A stretch of 64,000 nt of DNA from Minisyncoccia bacterium (GCA_041750655.1 JBGSYZ010000017.1:68142-132141); one strand, 5' to 3'. Numbered from the stretch's first letter, positions 1-10,263 are shown. The notes: generated by a model not told the origin, from the sequence alone. Numbers and translations are program-made.

Positions 1-669
1 GGCGGTTACCAAGATGAGAGTAAGAATATCTGTCGTGGGTGTAATAATTGCGCACGCTACAATTATTGCCAAGTAGACAGAAGAGCGATTTTTGGTAATC
101 ATTGTCGGTTGTATAATATTCATCGAGATTGTTGCCATCAGAAAAAGAGGTATCTGAAAAATTGCCACAAGAATAATCGTAGTACTTAAAATAAAATTTA
201 GGTACCCTTGCGCTGTGAAAGCAATAACTGTTCCCGGTATTACGATGCTGTTCATAAATTTTAGAATCAATGGTACAACGACCATGTATGAGTAACCTCC
301 CGCAGTAATACTTAAAAGCATAGAGGCAGTAAAAACCAGCATTATTTGCCACCAGACTATGGTGACAGCCGGTGATACATATCGCCACAATAAAATAGTT
401 GTTATTGGTAGGCACAAAATAACACCAAAAATAAAATCAATCTTAAGTATGAAATACAGTGGGTCAAGAGGTGAAAGAAATTGTAGTGCAGAAATTGTTT
501 TACCGAGTGGGTGTAATAAAAAACCTATGAGTTCATTTCTGAAGTAGTGGACCACAGAAACACACACTAAAAAAAAGCCAATGATATACAAGAGAACCTT
601 TCTGAAAGCAGCTATATGTTCCCAGACACTTAATAAGTCGTCTTCACTAACCTTGGGATGTTGTGTCAT
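1..669 (-). CDS. tatC: Twin-arginine translocase subunit TatC (partial, runs off window start)
   Basis: Not in the ORF track. Manual translation from ATG 669 gives MTQHPKVSEDDLLSVWEHIAAFRKVLLY...LQFLSPLDPLYFILKID...VACAIITPTTDILTLILV, with the TatC EH..R, SP and AIITP.D motifs. Overlaps tatA. Confidence 0.9.
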   Translation of the reverse strand, partial: MTQHPKVSEDDLLSVWEHIAAFRKVLLYIIGFFLVCVSVVHYFRNELIGFLLHPLGKTISALQFLSPLDPLYFILKIDFIFGVILCLPITTILLWRYVSPAVTIVWWQIMLVFTASMLLSITAGGYSYMVVVPLILKFMNSIVIPGTVIAFTAQGYLNFILSTTIILVAIFQIPLFLMATISMNIIQPTMITKNRSSVYLAIIVACAIITPTTDILTLILVTA

Positions 670-853
670 CAATAGAGGATTTTGTTGATTCCGCACCTGT
701 TTTTGGGGACACTTGAGTAAGGCCATCCTTTAATTCCCGAATTGATGTCCCAATCGAACGAAACAGTCCAGGTAACCTATCTTTACCAAAAAATAGTAAT
801 ACTATAAGCGCTATAAGTATAAGTTCTGGCAGTCCTAAACCAAATATTTGCAT
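647..853 (-). CDS. tatA: Twin-arginine translocase TatA/TatE
   Basis: GLGLPELILIALIVLLFFGKDRLPGLFRSIGTSIRELK is a typical TatA TM plus amphipathic helix; adjacent to tatC. Confidence 0.93.
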   Translation of the reverse strand: MQIFGLGLPELILIALIVLLFFGKDRLPGLFRSIGTSIRELKDGLTQVSPKTGAESTKSSIDDTTSQG

Positions 854-983
854 ATCGTTGATTATAGCTCAGTAAACAAAAAAGGTCACTCCTTTAGTTG
901 TACGTAAGCAAGAGCTGTGCACAGTATGGTCATGTACATCTTTTATATGGGTAGGTAATATAAGTTAAATTAAGCCTTATTTT

Positions 984-1139
984 ATGTCAGATTTAAACGA
1001 AAAAATTTCCCGAAAACAATTTTTACAAAAAGGTGCGTTGACAATATTTAGTTTTTTATTTGTAAGCTCTGCGATTTGGAATATTGCAAAGCCCGACAAA
1101 TCCAAAAAAGGCTATAGTGAGGGTTCATATGGGGGGTAG
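984..1139 (+). CDS. 51-aa protein with Tat-like signal motif
   Basis: Manual translation MSDLNEKISRKQFLQKGALTIFSFLFVSSAIWNIAKPDKSKKGYSEGSYGG; S-R-K-x-F-L resembles the SRRxFLK consensus and is followed by a hydrophobic stretch; divergent from tatAC. Confidence 0.7.
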   Translation: MSDLNEKISRKQFLQKGALTIFSFLFVSSAIWNIAKPDKSKKGYSEGSYGG

Positions 1140-1215
1140 TTTTGTTTAACAATTCTGGTCCAATTACGGCACACAATTATTCTCAGGTCTGTGATAGTCT
1201 AGTTTAGATTATAGT

Positions 1216-2010
1216 ATGTTTATAAAAAAGTTTTTTTTAGTGGTTTTGGTACTCGTATTTTTTACACGAGCGCCACTTTTATATGCGCAGTATGGATCAG
1301 GTGATTATGGTACCGGTGTGTATGCTGATTCAGAAGCCACTTCATCCTCTTCCGTTAGTTCTAATACTACCCGTTCTTCAGCACACGCAAACATTGCAAT
1401 TTCATCAACACCAGCAACTCCACAATCGTTTCGCTTCACTAAAAATATCTCGTTTGTTACACCTCAAATAAATGATAGTAACGAAGTTGCACAACTCGAA
1501 TCTTTTCTTAATGAATACGAAGGAGAGCATTTGAATGTAAATGGAATATACGACATTGAAGATGTTGCCGCTGTAAAGCGTTTTCAGACAAAATATCGTA
1601 CGGCAGTTTTAGATGTGTGGAAACTACCTGAAGCCACTGGGTATGTAGGTATCACTACTCGGTTAAAAATTAATTCACTACTGCAAAAGACGACAGCCGT
1701 CTGTCCGGCTTTCACTGAGTACAACGGTGGTATTACCGGAATATTTCAGTCTGAAGAAGTTGCTAAGACTCAGAAAATGCTTCAATCTCTCGATCTATAC
1801 ACCGGTAACATTAGTGGATTCTGGGATTATTCTACACACCTAGCTATGGTTTCATTTCAGGAAAAATTCCACGAGGCAATGTTAGATCCGTGGCAACTTA
1901 CAAGCGGTACTGGTTATAAATATAAGACGACAAATAAGTTTTTAAATTATTTGGCCGGTTGTGATGAAGGTGCTGTTGACCTAGATGGCGCTGGAACTTT
2001 TGATTTCTAA
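1216..2010 (+). CDS. Secreted protein with two peptidoglycan-binding-like domains
   Basis: Signal peptide, S/T linker, two repeats of the type V..LQ..L...G.....T..AV..FQ. Confidence 0.7.
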   Translation: MFIKKFFLVVLVLVFFTRAPLLYAQYGSGDYGTGVYADSEATSSSSVSSNTTRSSAHANIAISSTPATPQSFRFTKNISFVTPQINDSNEVAQLESFLNEYEGEHLNVNGIYDIEDVAAVKRFQTKYRTAVLDVWKLPEATGYVGITTRLKINSLLQKTTAVCPAFTEYNGGITGIFQSEEVAKTQKMLQSLDLYTGNISGFWDYSTHLAMVSFQEKFHEAMLDPWQLTSGTGYKYKTTNKFLNYLAGCDEGAVDLDGAGTFDF

Positions 2011-2061
2011 CACAGTATCGTATAATGCTTATTAAGGTTACTAATTTACTTATTTTGTTAC

Positions 2062-2268
2062 ATGGCTCTTCCAACACCAGGCTCAGATAACGGCACATGG
2101 GGCACTATCCTCAACAACTTTTTGCTCGTATCACATAATACAGACGGGACTGTCAAAGATGGTGCTGCTATTAAATCTTCAACAGTTAATCAGGTCGTGA
2201 CTTTGTCGCAAGCAGCGTATGATGCGCTTACTCCTAGTTCTGATACTCTCTACATAATCACCAGCTAA
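2062..2268 (+). CDS. Small tail-fibre-like accessory protein
   Basis: MALPTPGSDNGTWGTILNNFL N-terminus and VVTLSQAAYDALTPSSDTLYII C-terminus resemble motifs of phage tail-fibre-like proteins. Confidence 0.55.
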   Translation: MALPTPGSDNGTWGTILNNFLLVSHNTDGTVKDGAAIKSSTVNQVVTLSQAAYDALTPSSDTLYIITS

Positions 2269-2279
2269 GTTGGAACTTT

Positions 2280-5200
2280 ATGGCAATTAATTTTGGTGGC
2301 GGAGGAGAACCAGGGCGAATTTACTTAGGAAGTAACCAAGTAAACAAAATTTTTTTTGGGAGTACTGAAGTGTGGCCAACTTCACAAACGATATTTGATC
2401 AGGTAGAAGGTTTACGGTATCAGACAACCGCTAATGGTCGAAGTAGCAGCAACACGCTTAAAGTGCCTGGTGTCGACGCCTTGCCAAGTGGTATCAGTAT
2501 TTCTGGCTCTTTAATTAATGTCACTTCTTACACTGGTGATCTAACAGATTGGGATTTTCGTAACTACACTCTGACAATTAAAAGTAGCATGGGCACCATT
2601 AGTCAGTGTCTGTTTGGTGAAACCTCAGTTACGGGTATTTTTTCTTATCTGGATGTGTATACGACTGGCTCGGTCGCCTTGGTTGAGTACTGTGATTTTA
2701 CTGGACCATTTACCTACGGAGGAGCTGGAACAGCTATTAACACCCGGGTATCAGGAACCGGTGTCTCTGTAGTGGTGGGGGAGATAACTGATATTAACCG
2801 GTGCCGTTTTACCGGGCTCGGATCAGATGCTATTAAGGCAGGTGGCGGCCAGACTGCAGCAGGAGAACGTATCCGGTGGTGCTACTTTGGTGCTCCGGTG
2901 AACTTACCATTTTTGCCCGCTGCCTGGAGTTCAGCGACTACCTACAATACGGGTGACTGGGTCTACCATACCAATACAAACTACGTATTTCGGAGTTTAA
3001 CTGACAACAATCTGAACAATACTCCACCTACATCTAAAACTGATAACGCTTTTTGGGAAAATATAGACCCACACTCAGACGCTATTACCGTGTTTGTCGC
3101 TATCAATAAAGTTTCGATCGAAAACTGTCTTATCGACATGACCGAAGATCCAGTTGGTGTGTATGGCCCCTATCCAGCCATTGGTCTTAACAACGCTTTT
3201 CGTATTGCACGCAACACAAATGCAAATGATTTACGATTTGATGAGGTTGTAGTACAGGAGTGTGTAGTGCGCACCAGTGCCACCAGTACTTCTTACCCAA
3301 TTGATGTGTATGACAGTAGTCAGCCAAATTTCAATGGTCCTATCCGCTTTGTAGCTTCTTGGATGGAACCATCATCAACAAATAATTATTTTCATCCCAA
3401 TGCTAATGGTTTGGTACAGGAGTGGATAAATATGCGAGATATCGCTACTGGTAATCTTATCGCGGCCCCAACTGGGGCAACCATTACGAGCGGTATCAGT
3501 ACTCCGCTGGTTTTGACTGAGCTGCCACGGGATAAGATGATCATCGATGCTGAAATTATTTTTGGCAACAATCAAGCGAGGTTAACACTTAGTGGGACAG
3601 CTGAAGCTGGTGAAGTTATCCAAGGCTATGATAATGGTGCCGACTCGTGGTCAGATATTGCCACTGCCGACGGTGCTGGTGATTGGTCAGGTGAGCTGTT
3701 GGTGACAAACGTCGACGGTGCTGCGTGGCGTACAGCCCAGGTGCGTTACAAGAATGATCCGAGTCAGACCGCCACTTCCACAAATACATTCTCCCCGGGT
3801 GTTGTTTTCGCATTCTTAAGCCAATCCGAACTCCAGCAAGCCATCCAGTCGTTTCAGGATCAGTCAGCCGCTATTGCTATTCAGGATGATGATATTTTAC
3901 AAATGGTAGTCGTGGACGATGATACTGCTGTCACTCCGAGTCTCACTCACTATCATGTTACGCAAGCAAATAAAGATAGCCAGTCTGGTTTTGTAGGGGC
4001 AACCCCGAAAATAACAAACAGTGTCGCTGCTCTCGCCAACGTTCTCAGCAACAATGCTCCAGGTCGACGTTTTCTCTTTCTCGACATGATGCATTCTGGA
4101 ACCAGTCGGGTTGATTTAGGTAATGATTCTGATACTGATCGATACTGGACACACTTGCAAGCGATGATTGACTGGGTGAGAAATAACGGTTCTGACGTCG
4201 GAGTTGTATACGAAATGTGGTACGCCGCTGACCGTGGTCAACAGTTTAAGGAACGGTTTGCGCCACTGTACTTCGGACAAGACTGGGCAGGTAGTACTTT
4301 TACACTCGGCACTACCCATAGTTTAATTTCAGCTGTTGTTGACCATTGCTATTTTGACCTCGACACTACGGCCGATGACTTTGGCCGAGGCGTGTTTAGA
4401 CGCGATCGCACAAAATTTGTTCAAGCATCGACTAACTTTTTTGCCAGTACTAGCGATCTTTCTAACGCTGAAACAGTAGCTTCAGATAGTTCGTCTGCGT
4501 ATGATCTGGTAAATGCCCGTCGGACACGTGAAGATCTTGATTTATTCCATCAAGATTCGCGTACTCAAGAGTGTTTTGCACCGTTAAGTATTGACCCAAT
4601 CTGCGTACGACAGGGAGAGTTTAGTGGCACCTGGTCTGATACGTCTCACCCAAGTGATGATGATCCAGACGGACTGCCTCTTATGTATCGTCATGCGGCC
4701 GTTGCTATTTTGCACGCACTCGGTGATATTTCATTTACAATTCCAACGTGGGAAATGACTACACTGGATGCCTCGGGCAACTATGTAGAATTCCAAGCCA
4801 GTGGTGGAGCTGGTACGTTGACTACGTTGCGACTACAGAGAGCAGAAGCAGCTATTACCGGACAGCCACACTACACCGAGGTGATGGGCTTTGAGATAGA
4901 CCAAGGAAGTGGTTTTGTTGCCTCAGGCTTTACGGCAACTGTCGTTGATGATACGAACCGTATCGTTCGAATTACACCGGACACACCGTTTGTTAATAAT
5001 GATGCAGTTCGTTTTGGGTGGGGAGGAAGCACAGGACACCGTATCTATCAAACTGATTTTACCAATGAGGTATACAAAAATGTCCCCATTATTGACTACA
5101 GCTTACCTGAATATCCTGGAGTTCCAGTAGCGCCGTATCCGAGGTCAGATAACTACACAGTCTCTGGTTTGTCTGGCGGTGGTGGCGGGGCAGTGACCTT

Positions 5201-5762
5201 CACTACCAGTGCCACTGGTCCGTATTTCTTAGATCCAGTAGCTTTTGGGGCAAACACTGGTAAATTGTTCCAGAGTGTAAAAGCTAGTATCACGACTCCA
5301 GCGGCAGCTGTCACACTGGGACTTATCAACGGAACCTACTACCGGCTTGAGGCTTTGCCAAATGGCTCTTTGCGTATAAACGTTAAGGACAGTGGAAACG
5401 TGGTGTTGGCGAGCAATGTCACTTCAGCGGCTGGAGCGCTGTCTTATTCAGGAACAGCTATAATAACTGTCTCCGTTGATTTGGTTAGTCAATATGCGCG
5501 AGTGTATGTCAACGGTACTAACGTCATCGATCAAGCCTTGGCTGCTAACACAGGTCTATTTCCTACCACATCTCGAGTGTTATCAGCCTTAGCTACGAAT
5601 GCTGGAGCCAACCAGACAACCGCAACGGTTGAGTACATAAAATACTGGAAAGACGCTACCACTGATGGTACTGAACCGTTGACGACCGAATACAAGTCGA
5701 TTGTCGGTCCAGCCGCTACCGCAAATGCCGATTCGTGGAAGTTGGGTGCTGACGCTACATAA
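2280..5762 (+). CDS. Large tail-spike/adhesin-like protein (beta-helix, carbohydrate-binding, SGNH-like and LamG-like regions)
   Basis: 1160-aa ORF; RIYLGSNQVNKIFFGSTEVWP head motif; AWSSATTYNTGDWVYH CBM5/12-like motif; LSQSE...DTSHP SGNH-like motifs; beta-rich C-terminus. Confidence 0.55.
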   Translation: MAINFGGGGEPGRIYLGSNQVNKIFFGSTEVWPTSQTIFDQVEGLRYQTTANGRSSSNTLKVPGVDALPSGISISGSLINVTSYTGDLTDWDFRNYTLTIKSSMGTISQCLFGETSVTGIFSYLDVYTTGSVALVEYCDFTGPFTYGGAGTAINTRVSGTGVSVVVGEITDINRCRFTGLGSDAIKAGGGQTAAGERIRWCYFGAPVNLPFLPAAWSSATTYNTGDWVYHTNTNYVFRSLTDNNLNNTPPTSKTDNAFWENIDPHSDAITVFVAINKVSIENCLIDMTEDPVGVYGPYPAIGLNNAFRIARNTNANDLRFDEVVVQECVVRTSATSTSYPIDVYDSSQPNFNGPIRFVASWMEPSSTNNYFHPNANGLVQEWINMRDIATGNLIAAPTGATITSGISTPLVLTELPRDKMIIDAEIIFGNNQARLTLSGTAEAGEVIQGYDNGADSWSDIATADGAGDWSGELLVTNVDGAAWRTAQVRYKNDPSQTATSTNTFSPGVVFAFLSQSELQQAIQSFQDQSAAIAIQDDDILQMVVVDDDTAVTPSLTHYHVTQANKDSQSGFVGATPKITNSVAALANVLSNNAPGRRFLFLDMMHSGTSRVDLGNDSDTDRYWTHLQAMIDWVRNNGSDVGVVYEMWYAADRGQQFKERFAPLYFGQDWAGSTFTLGTTHSLISAVVDHCYFDLDTTADDFGRGVFRRDRTKFVQASTNFFASTSDLSNAETVASDSSSAYDLVNARRTREDLDLFHQDSRTQECFAPLSIDPICVRQGEFSGTWSDTSHPSDDDPDGLPLMYRHAAVAILHALGDISFTIPTWEMTTLDASGNYVEFQASGGAGTLTTLRLQRAEAAITGQPHYTEVMGFEIDQGSGFVASGFTATVVDDTNRIVRITPDTPFVNNDAVRFGWGGSTGHRIYQTDFTNEVYKNVPIIDYSLPEYPGVPVAPYPRSDNYTVSGLSGGGGGAVTFTTSATGPYFLDPVAFGANTGKLFQSVKASITTPAAAVTLGLINGTYYRLEALPNGSLRINVKDSGNVVLASNVTSAAGALSYSGTAIITVSVDLVSQYARVYVNGTNVIDQALAANTGLFPTTSRVLSALATNAGANQTTATVEYIKYWKDATTDGTEPLTTEYKSIVGPAATANADSWKLGADAT

Positions 5763-5767
5763 GTATA

Positions 5768-5800
5768 GAAAAAGCCACTGACAAAGTCCGTGGCTTTTTC
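5768..5800. terminator. Bidirectional intrinsic terminator
   Basis: GAAAAAGCCAC...GTGGCTTTTTC hairpin between convergent genes. Confidence 0.7.
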
Positions 5801-5852
5801 TATTCAAGGTATTATAGGTGTAATTAAAAATAAAAAATCACCTCACCCGTGC

Positions 5853-6386
5853 TTAACGGGTAAGGTGAATATTATGATGAGATTGAGGCCGAGGTTCGAC
5901 AAAGACGAACAACTCTTCATCCTCATCAAGAAGGATTTTTTGAAGTGCTCGCTCGAAACGAGCGAAGCCGCGAGCGCCACCAGCGACGCTCATACATCCT
6001 AGACCACTAGCGGGGCCAGCGTGAATGAGGATGTGTTGGCGTTCGATTGGTCCAGTACCTGTGAGGGAATATTGTCGTTGACACCAAGACTCATAGAGTC
6101 GAAGCGAAAACCCGTTTCTTTTTGGGTAGACAATTTTACCTCGGTAAGGTGTACACGTCCGGTTGGGTGGGCATTCTCCACCTTTGCGATAGCGAATTTT
6201 CTTTTTCCCAAAAACAATCAGTGCTGAGTCACGGGTGACCGCGAACGTAAACCGAGACGCCCGGTCGGTATCGTCTAGCAATTCAGCGAAATACGTTGGA
6301 ACCATCCGCTTTTGACCTCGTTTACCAAGCTTTTCGTACTGAATAGTTTTACCCACAATACGTGCTGTAATTACAATGTATTTCAT
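5853..6386 (-). CDS. Hypothetical protein with L,D-transpeptidase-like H-x-G...S-x-G-C motif
   Basis: ILIHAGPASGLGCMSV; strong SD AAGGAGG upstream of ATG 6386. Confidence 0.55.
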   Translation of the reverse strand: MKYIVITARIVGKTIQYEKLGKRGQKRMVPTYFAELLDDTDRASRFTFAVTRDSALIVFGKKKIRYRKGGECPPNRTCTPYRGKIVYPKRNGFSLRLYESWCQRQYSLTGTGPIERQHILIHAGPASGLGCMSVAGGARGFARFERALQKILLDEDEELFVFVEPRPQSHHNIHLTR

Positions 6387-6468
6387 CGACACCTCCTTTC
6401 TGATAATAAATTATCACAATTTAAGGGTTTGTGCGATTAAATCTTTTTTCAGGTAGAATAGGGGGACT

Positions 6469-8205
6469 ATGAGTGATGCAGTACAGCAGATAAAGGAAAA
6501 ACTCACGATTGAAGAGGTAATCGCACCCTACGTAGAGCTACATAAAGCCGGTAAAAACTTCAAAGGCAAATCGCCTTTTACGGCTGAAAAAACGCCTTCT
6601 TTCTATGTGTCACCGGATCGGGGAATGTATTATTGCTTCTCGAGCAATCAAGGGGGAGATATGTTCACGTTTATCCAAGCGATGGAAGGGGTGGATTTTA
6701 AAGGAGCTCTTAGAATACTGGCGGAGAAAGCAGGAGTGGAGTTGGTGCCAGAAGATCCTAAAAAACGTACCGAAAGAGAAACTAAGTATGCGGCCTTAGA
6801 GGCAGCGACAAAGTTTTACGAAGCACAGTTGGAAGCGGCGGGCGGCGAAGCCGCCCGCACCTACCTCACGAAGCGGGGAGTGACAGAGAAAACCAAACAG
6901 CTGTGGCGCATTGGCTTTGCACCAGACGAATGGCGGGCGATAAAAACTGAACTTGAAGCTAGAAAGTTCACAGAAGGCATTATGCGTGCTGCCGGTCTTA
7001 CCAAAGGTGAGGAAGGCCGCGAACCATATGATGTTTTTCGCAATCGAATTTTGTTTCCAATCTTTGATGCATCTGGACGTGTAGTGGCCTTTTCCGGTCG
7101 CACACTTAGTACTGATGCAGAAACTCCTAAGTACGTAAATTCGCCTGAGACAGAGCTTTTTAATAAATCAGAAATCTTGTATGGGTACGATAAGGCTAAA
7201 AACGGTATTAGAAAATTTGACTTCAGTTTGATTGTGGAAGGACAGTTCGATGTGGTACTGTCGCACCAGACAGGCTATAACAACGCAGTGGCAGTATCAG
7301 GTACAGCGGTCACTGGGGCCCATGTAAATCTACTTGGTCGTTTGTCCAACCGGGTGGTGTTGGCACTTGATGCCGATAGGGCAGGTCTCGGGGCTGTTAA
7401 AAAAGCGGCAGGTATTATGTTGCCAAGAGGTATGGACGTAAAAGTAGCAGCTATGCCAGAAGGGAAAGATCCGGCCGATATCATTACTGAAGATGCTGCT
7501 AAATTTAAAAAAATTATTGGCCAGTCGGTCCATGTGGTAGAACACCTTTTGAACGTACTCGAAAGTAACAGCAAAGATGAGCGAACTTTTAAGATTGCGG
7601 TGCGCGAAGAGTTGTTGCCACTTATGCTCCGTATTCCAAGTCTTATTGACCGCGAACATTTTGAAGGTTTAATCGCGGAGCGATTAAAAACTACCAAAGA
7701 TGGTATTCACCAGGAACTTAAGCGTATGGAAGAGACTCAAAAAGAAAAGACTGTCGAAAAAACCGAAACTCTTGTAGTAACTACAGAGGTAAAGCCGGAA
7801 GTGGTAAGCTCTGAGAGAAAAAGTGAATTGATTGCCTATTTGATAGTAGTTAAAGATTTATTAGTACCCAAAGTAGCTGCACAGGTAGAAACACATTTTC
7901 AAGAAATTACCGGCCATACTTTAAATGAAGCTCTGGAAATGATTGATAAAACTCGTCTCGGGCGACTAGCTTTCACTATTGAATCAACTGAAGAAAACTT
8001 ACAAGAAAAAGAAAAGTTGGCTGATATAGGGGATAAGCTCACCGAATTACGGACAATAATCACAAAATCTGGTTTGTTTACACTCAGACAAGAGATGGCC
8101 GAGGCGGAAAAAAAGGGGGAAGCCGACGAAGCCACTAAAAAGTTAGAAATGCTCCAAAAACTCCAGCAAAACCTTATTAAAGAACCAATAGTTATTAATA
8201 TTTAA
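6469..8205 (+). CDS. dnaG: DNA primase
   Basis: N-terminal zinc-binding-domain-like region with degenerate ligands (SPFTAEKTPSF, YCFSS), FRNRILFPI, PKYVNSPET, VEGQFDV, LALDADRAG, GKDPAD TOPRIM motifs. Confidence 0.97.
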   Translation: MSDAVQQIKEKLTIEEVIAPYVELHKAGKNFKGKSPFTAEKTPSFYVSPDRGMYYCFSSNQGGDMFTFIQAMEGVDFKGALRILAEKAGVELVPEDPKKRTERETKYAALEAATKFYEAQLEAAGGEAARTYLTKRGVTEKTKQLWRIGFAPDEWRAIKTELEARKFTEGIMRAAGLTKGEEGREPYDVFRNRILFPIFDASGRVVAFSGRTLSTDAETPKYVNSPETELFNKSEILYGYDKAKNGIRKFDFSLIVEGQFDVVLSHQTGYNNAVAVSGTAVTGAHVNLLGRLSNRVVLALDADRAGLGAVKKAAGIMLPRGMDVKVAAMPEGKDPADIITEDAAKFKKIIGQSVHVVEHLLNVLESNSKDERTFKIAVREELLPLMLRIPSLIDREHFEGLIAERLKTTKDGIHQELKRMEETQKEKTVEKTETLVVTTEVKPEVVSSERKSELIAYLIVVKDLLVPKVAAQVETHFQEITGHTLNEALEMIDKTRLGRLAFTIESTEENLQEKEKLADIGDKLTELRTIITKSGLFTLRQEMAEAEKKGEADEATKKLEMLQKLQQNLIKEPIVINI

Positions 8206-8259
8206 AGCTGATCTAAAAGGCTAGACTTTATTAAGATTTCAGGTATAGTTACCGACATT

Positions 8260-9567
8260 ATGGCTGCCAAAAAAGCACCTAAAAAAGCAGTAAAAAAAGT
8301 CGCCAAAAAAGCGACCACGAAGGCCACGAAAAAGGTAGTGAAGAAAACTACAAAAAAAACAACGGCCAAGAAAACAACCAAAAAAGTAGCAAAGAAGACT
8401 ACAAAAAAAGCGGTTAAGAAAGTTTCGAAGGCCGCACCTAAAAAAGCTGTTAAAAAGACAGCCAAAAAAGTTACCAAAAAATTAACCAAGTCTCAAAAAG
8501 AACTGCGCGATAAAGCGGCAGTTTTGATGCAGATGGGTCGCGATCGTGGGTATATTACGTATGATGAGATTTTGCGTTCCTTCCCAGAGATTGAAAAGAA
8601 TGTATCTTTCTTAGAGGAAATGTATGAAAATTTCGCTACCGCCGGTATCGATGTTTTTGAAAGCGGCGGGATGCTGGGGGCTGATCCTAGCGTAGAGCTT
8701 CTAGAGCGAAAGAATTCGTATCGCCGTAATGATTCAGGGTACGATTCTATCCAGATGTACTTACGTGAAATCGGGCAATACCCGCTTTTGACCGCTCAGC
8801 AAGAACGAGATTTAGCAAAGCGAATTTTAGATGAAGATGAAGAAGCTCGCAATTTGTTGGCTCGCGCTAACCTGCGTTTGGTGGTGTCTATCGCCAAGAA
8901 GTATGTCGGCCGTTCTCCAGATTTAACCTTACTCGACTTGATTCAAGAAGGAAACCTCGGACTCTTTAAGGCCGTTGATAAATTCGATCACACGAAAGGC
9001 TTTAAGTTTTCTACGTATGCTACCTGGTGGATTCGCCAAGCTATTACCCGAGCATTGGCTGATCAGTCACGAACAATTCGTATTCCAGTGCACATGGTAG
9101 AAACGATGGCTAAATACAAGCAGGTTTCTCGCCGGCTTGCTCAAGATTTTGGTCGCGACCCAATGCCAGAAGAGATTGCGGTAGAAATGGGTGTTGAGGT
9201 AGAGAAGATTTACCAAATTGAGAAAATTTCTCAAGATACTATTTCACTGGAACTTCCAATTGGTAGCGATGACGATGATCGTTCTCGTTTGTCTGATTTT
9301 ATTGCTGACGACAAGATTGTCTCGCCAGACCAAGAAGTGGCCCATAGTATCCTGACTGATCAAATCACTGAAATTCTTGATTCGCTTTCAGAGAAAGAGC
9401 GAAAGATTTTGGAGATGCGCCACGGACTCTTAGATGGTACGTTCCATACTTTGGAAGAAGTAGGGAAGGAGTTTGGTGTGACGCGCGAGCGTATTCGGCA
9501 GATAGAAGCCAAAGCACTCGAAAAGATACGACAACACGAAAAAGCTCGACGTCTAAAATCCTACTAA
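8260..9567 (+). CDS. rpoD: Primary sigma-70 factor with K/A/T-rich N-terminal extension
   Basis: [61 protein letters not shown]; follows dnaG. Confidence 0.97.
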   Translation: MAAKKAPKKAVKKVAKKATTKATKKVVKKTTKKTTAKKTTKKVAKKTTKKAVKKVSKAAPKKAVKKTAKKVTKKLTKSQKELRDKAAVLMQMGRDRGYITYDEILRSFPEIEKNVSFLEEMYENFATAGIDVFESGGMLGADPSVELLERKNSYRRNDSGYDSIQMYLREIGQYPLLTAQQERDLAKRILDEDEEARNLLARANLRLVVSIAKKYVGRSPDLTLLDLIQEGNLGLFKAVDKFDHTKGFKFSTYATWWIRQAITRALADQSRTIRIPVHMVETMAKYKQVSRRLAQDFGRDPMPEEIAVEMGVEVEKIYQIEKISQDTISLELPIGSDDDDRSRLSDFIADDKIVSPDQEVAHSILTDQITEILDSLSEKERKILEMRHGLLDGTFHTLEEVGKEFGVTRERIRQIEAKALEKIRQHEKARRLKSY

Positions 9568-9690
9568 AGTCCCAAAACGAGCGATCTGCTTCGTCGCTCG
9601 TTCGAAAAATGATGTTCACTGGACATTGGTCCCACTCGCATCATTTTTCTCCTGCTCCTCGCAGCTCATCTCGTTTTGAAACTTCAGTGG
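9561..9690. repeat. Long imperfect palindromic element (family II) overlapping the rpoD stop codon
   Basis: Nested arms CTACTAAAGT/ACTTCAGTGG, AAAACGAG/CTCGTTTT, CTGC/GCAG, GAAAAATGATG/CATCATTTTTC, GGAC/GTCC; similar to 41051-41176. Confidence 0.75.
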
Positions 9691-9768
9691 CGAGTAGAGG
9701 AAGTGGGTAATAACTTATAAAAGCTGGCTGACTTTTAGGTCAACGGCTTTTGTTATACTGTTCAGACT

Positions 9769-10263
9769 ATGAGTCAAAAATTAATTATTATTAGAGGTAA
9801 TTCAGGCTCCGGTAAAGGGACAATAGCTAAACGTTTGCGAGAGGAGTTGGGTGGTAAAGTGGCTGTTATAGGGCAAGATGCTTTACGACGTGACTTACTA
9901 ATGGAGAAAGATAGTCTTGAGAATATTGATGTCTTAAAATTACTTGATCTAACGGCAAAATATTGTCTTGACCACGGCTATACAGTCATCATAGAAGGTA
10001 TATTAGCGACAGGAAAATATCATAATGTTCTAAGTGGCATTATGGAATACGCAAAATGTGACTCATATGTTTTATATCTAGATGTCTCTCTAGAAGAAAC
10101 GATTCGCCGACACGCAACCAAACCAAATTATAATGAGTTTGGCGAGGAAAAAATTAGAGAATGGTATAAACCAAATCACCATCTTAATGTTCCAGGTGAA
10201 ATCATAATTCCTGAAAGTTCATCAATAGAGGAAACTGTAAATTTTATAAAAACCAAACTCTAA
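9769..10263 (+). CDS. P-loop nucleotide kinase (AAA_33-like)
   Basis: IIRGNSGSGKGT Walker A; small kinase fold. Confidence 0.85.
   Translation: MSQKLIIIRGNSGSGKGTIAKRLREELGGKVAVIGQDALRRDLLMEKDSLENIDVLKLLDLTAKYCLDHGYTVIIEGILATGKYHNVLSGIMEYAKCDSYVLYLDVSLEETIRRHATKPNYNEFGEEKIREWYKPNHHLNVPGEIIIPESSSIEETVNFIKTKL

Noticed and set aside
2062-5762. Prophage
   Set aside because: No integrase, terminase, capsid or other phage genes flank the fibre-like ORFs.
8202-8489. Hydrophobic 95-aa minus-strand ORF (and similar at 28617-28868, 54952-55293, 59646-59984)
   Set aside because: Antisense shadows of low-complexity K-, P/T- or RG-rich coding tracts.
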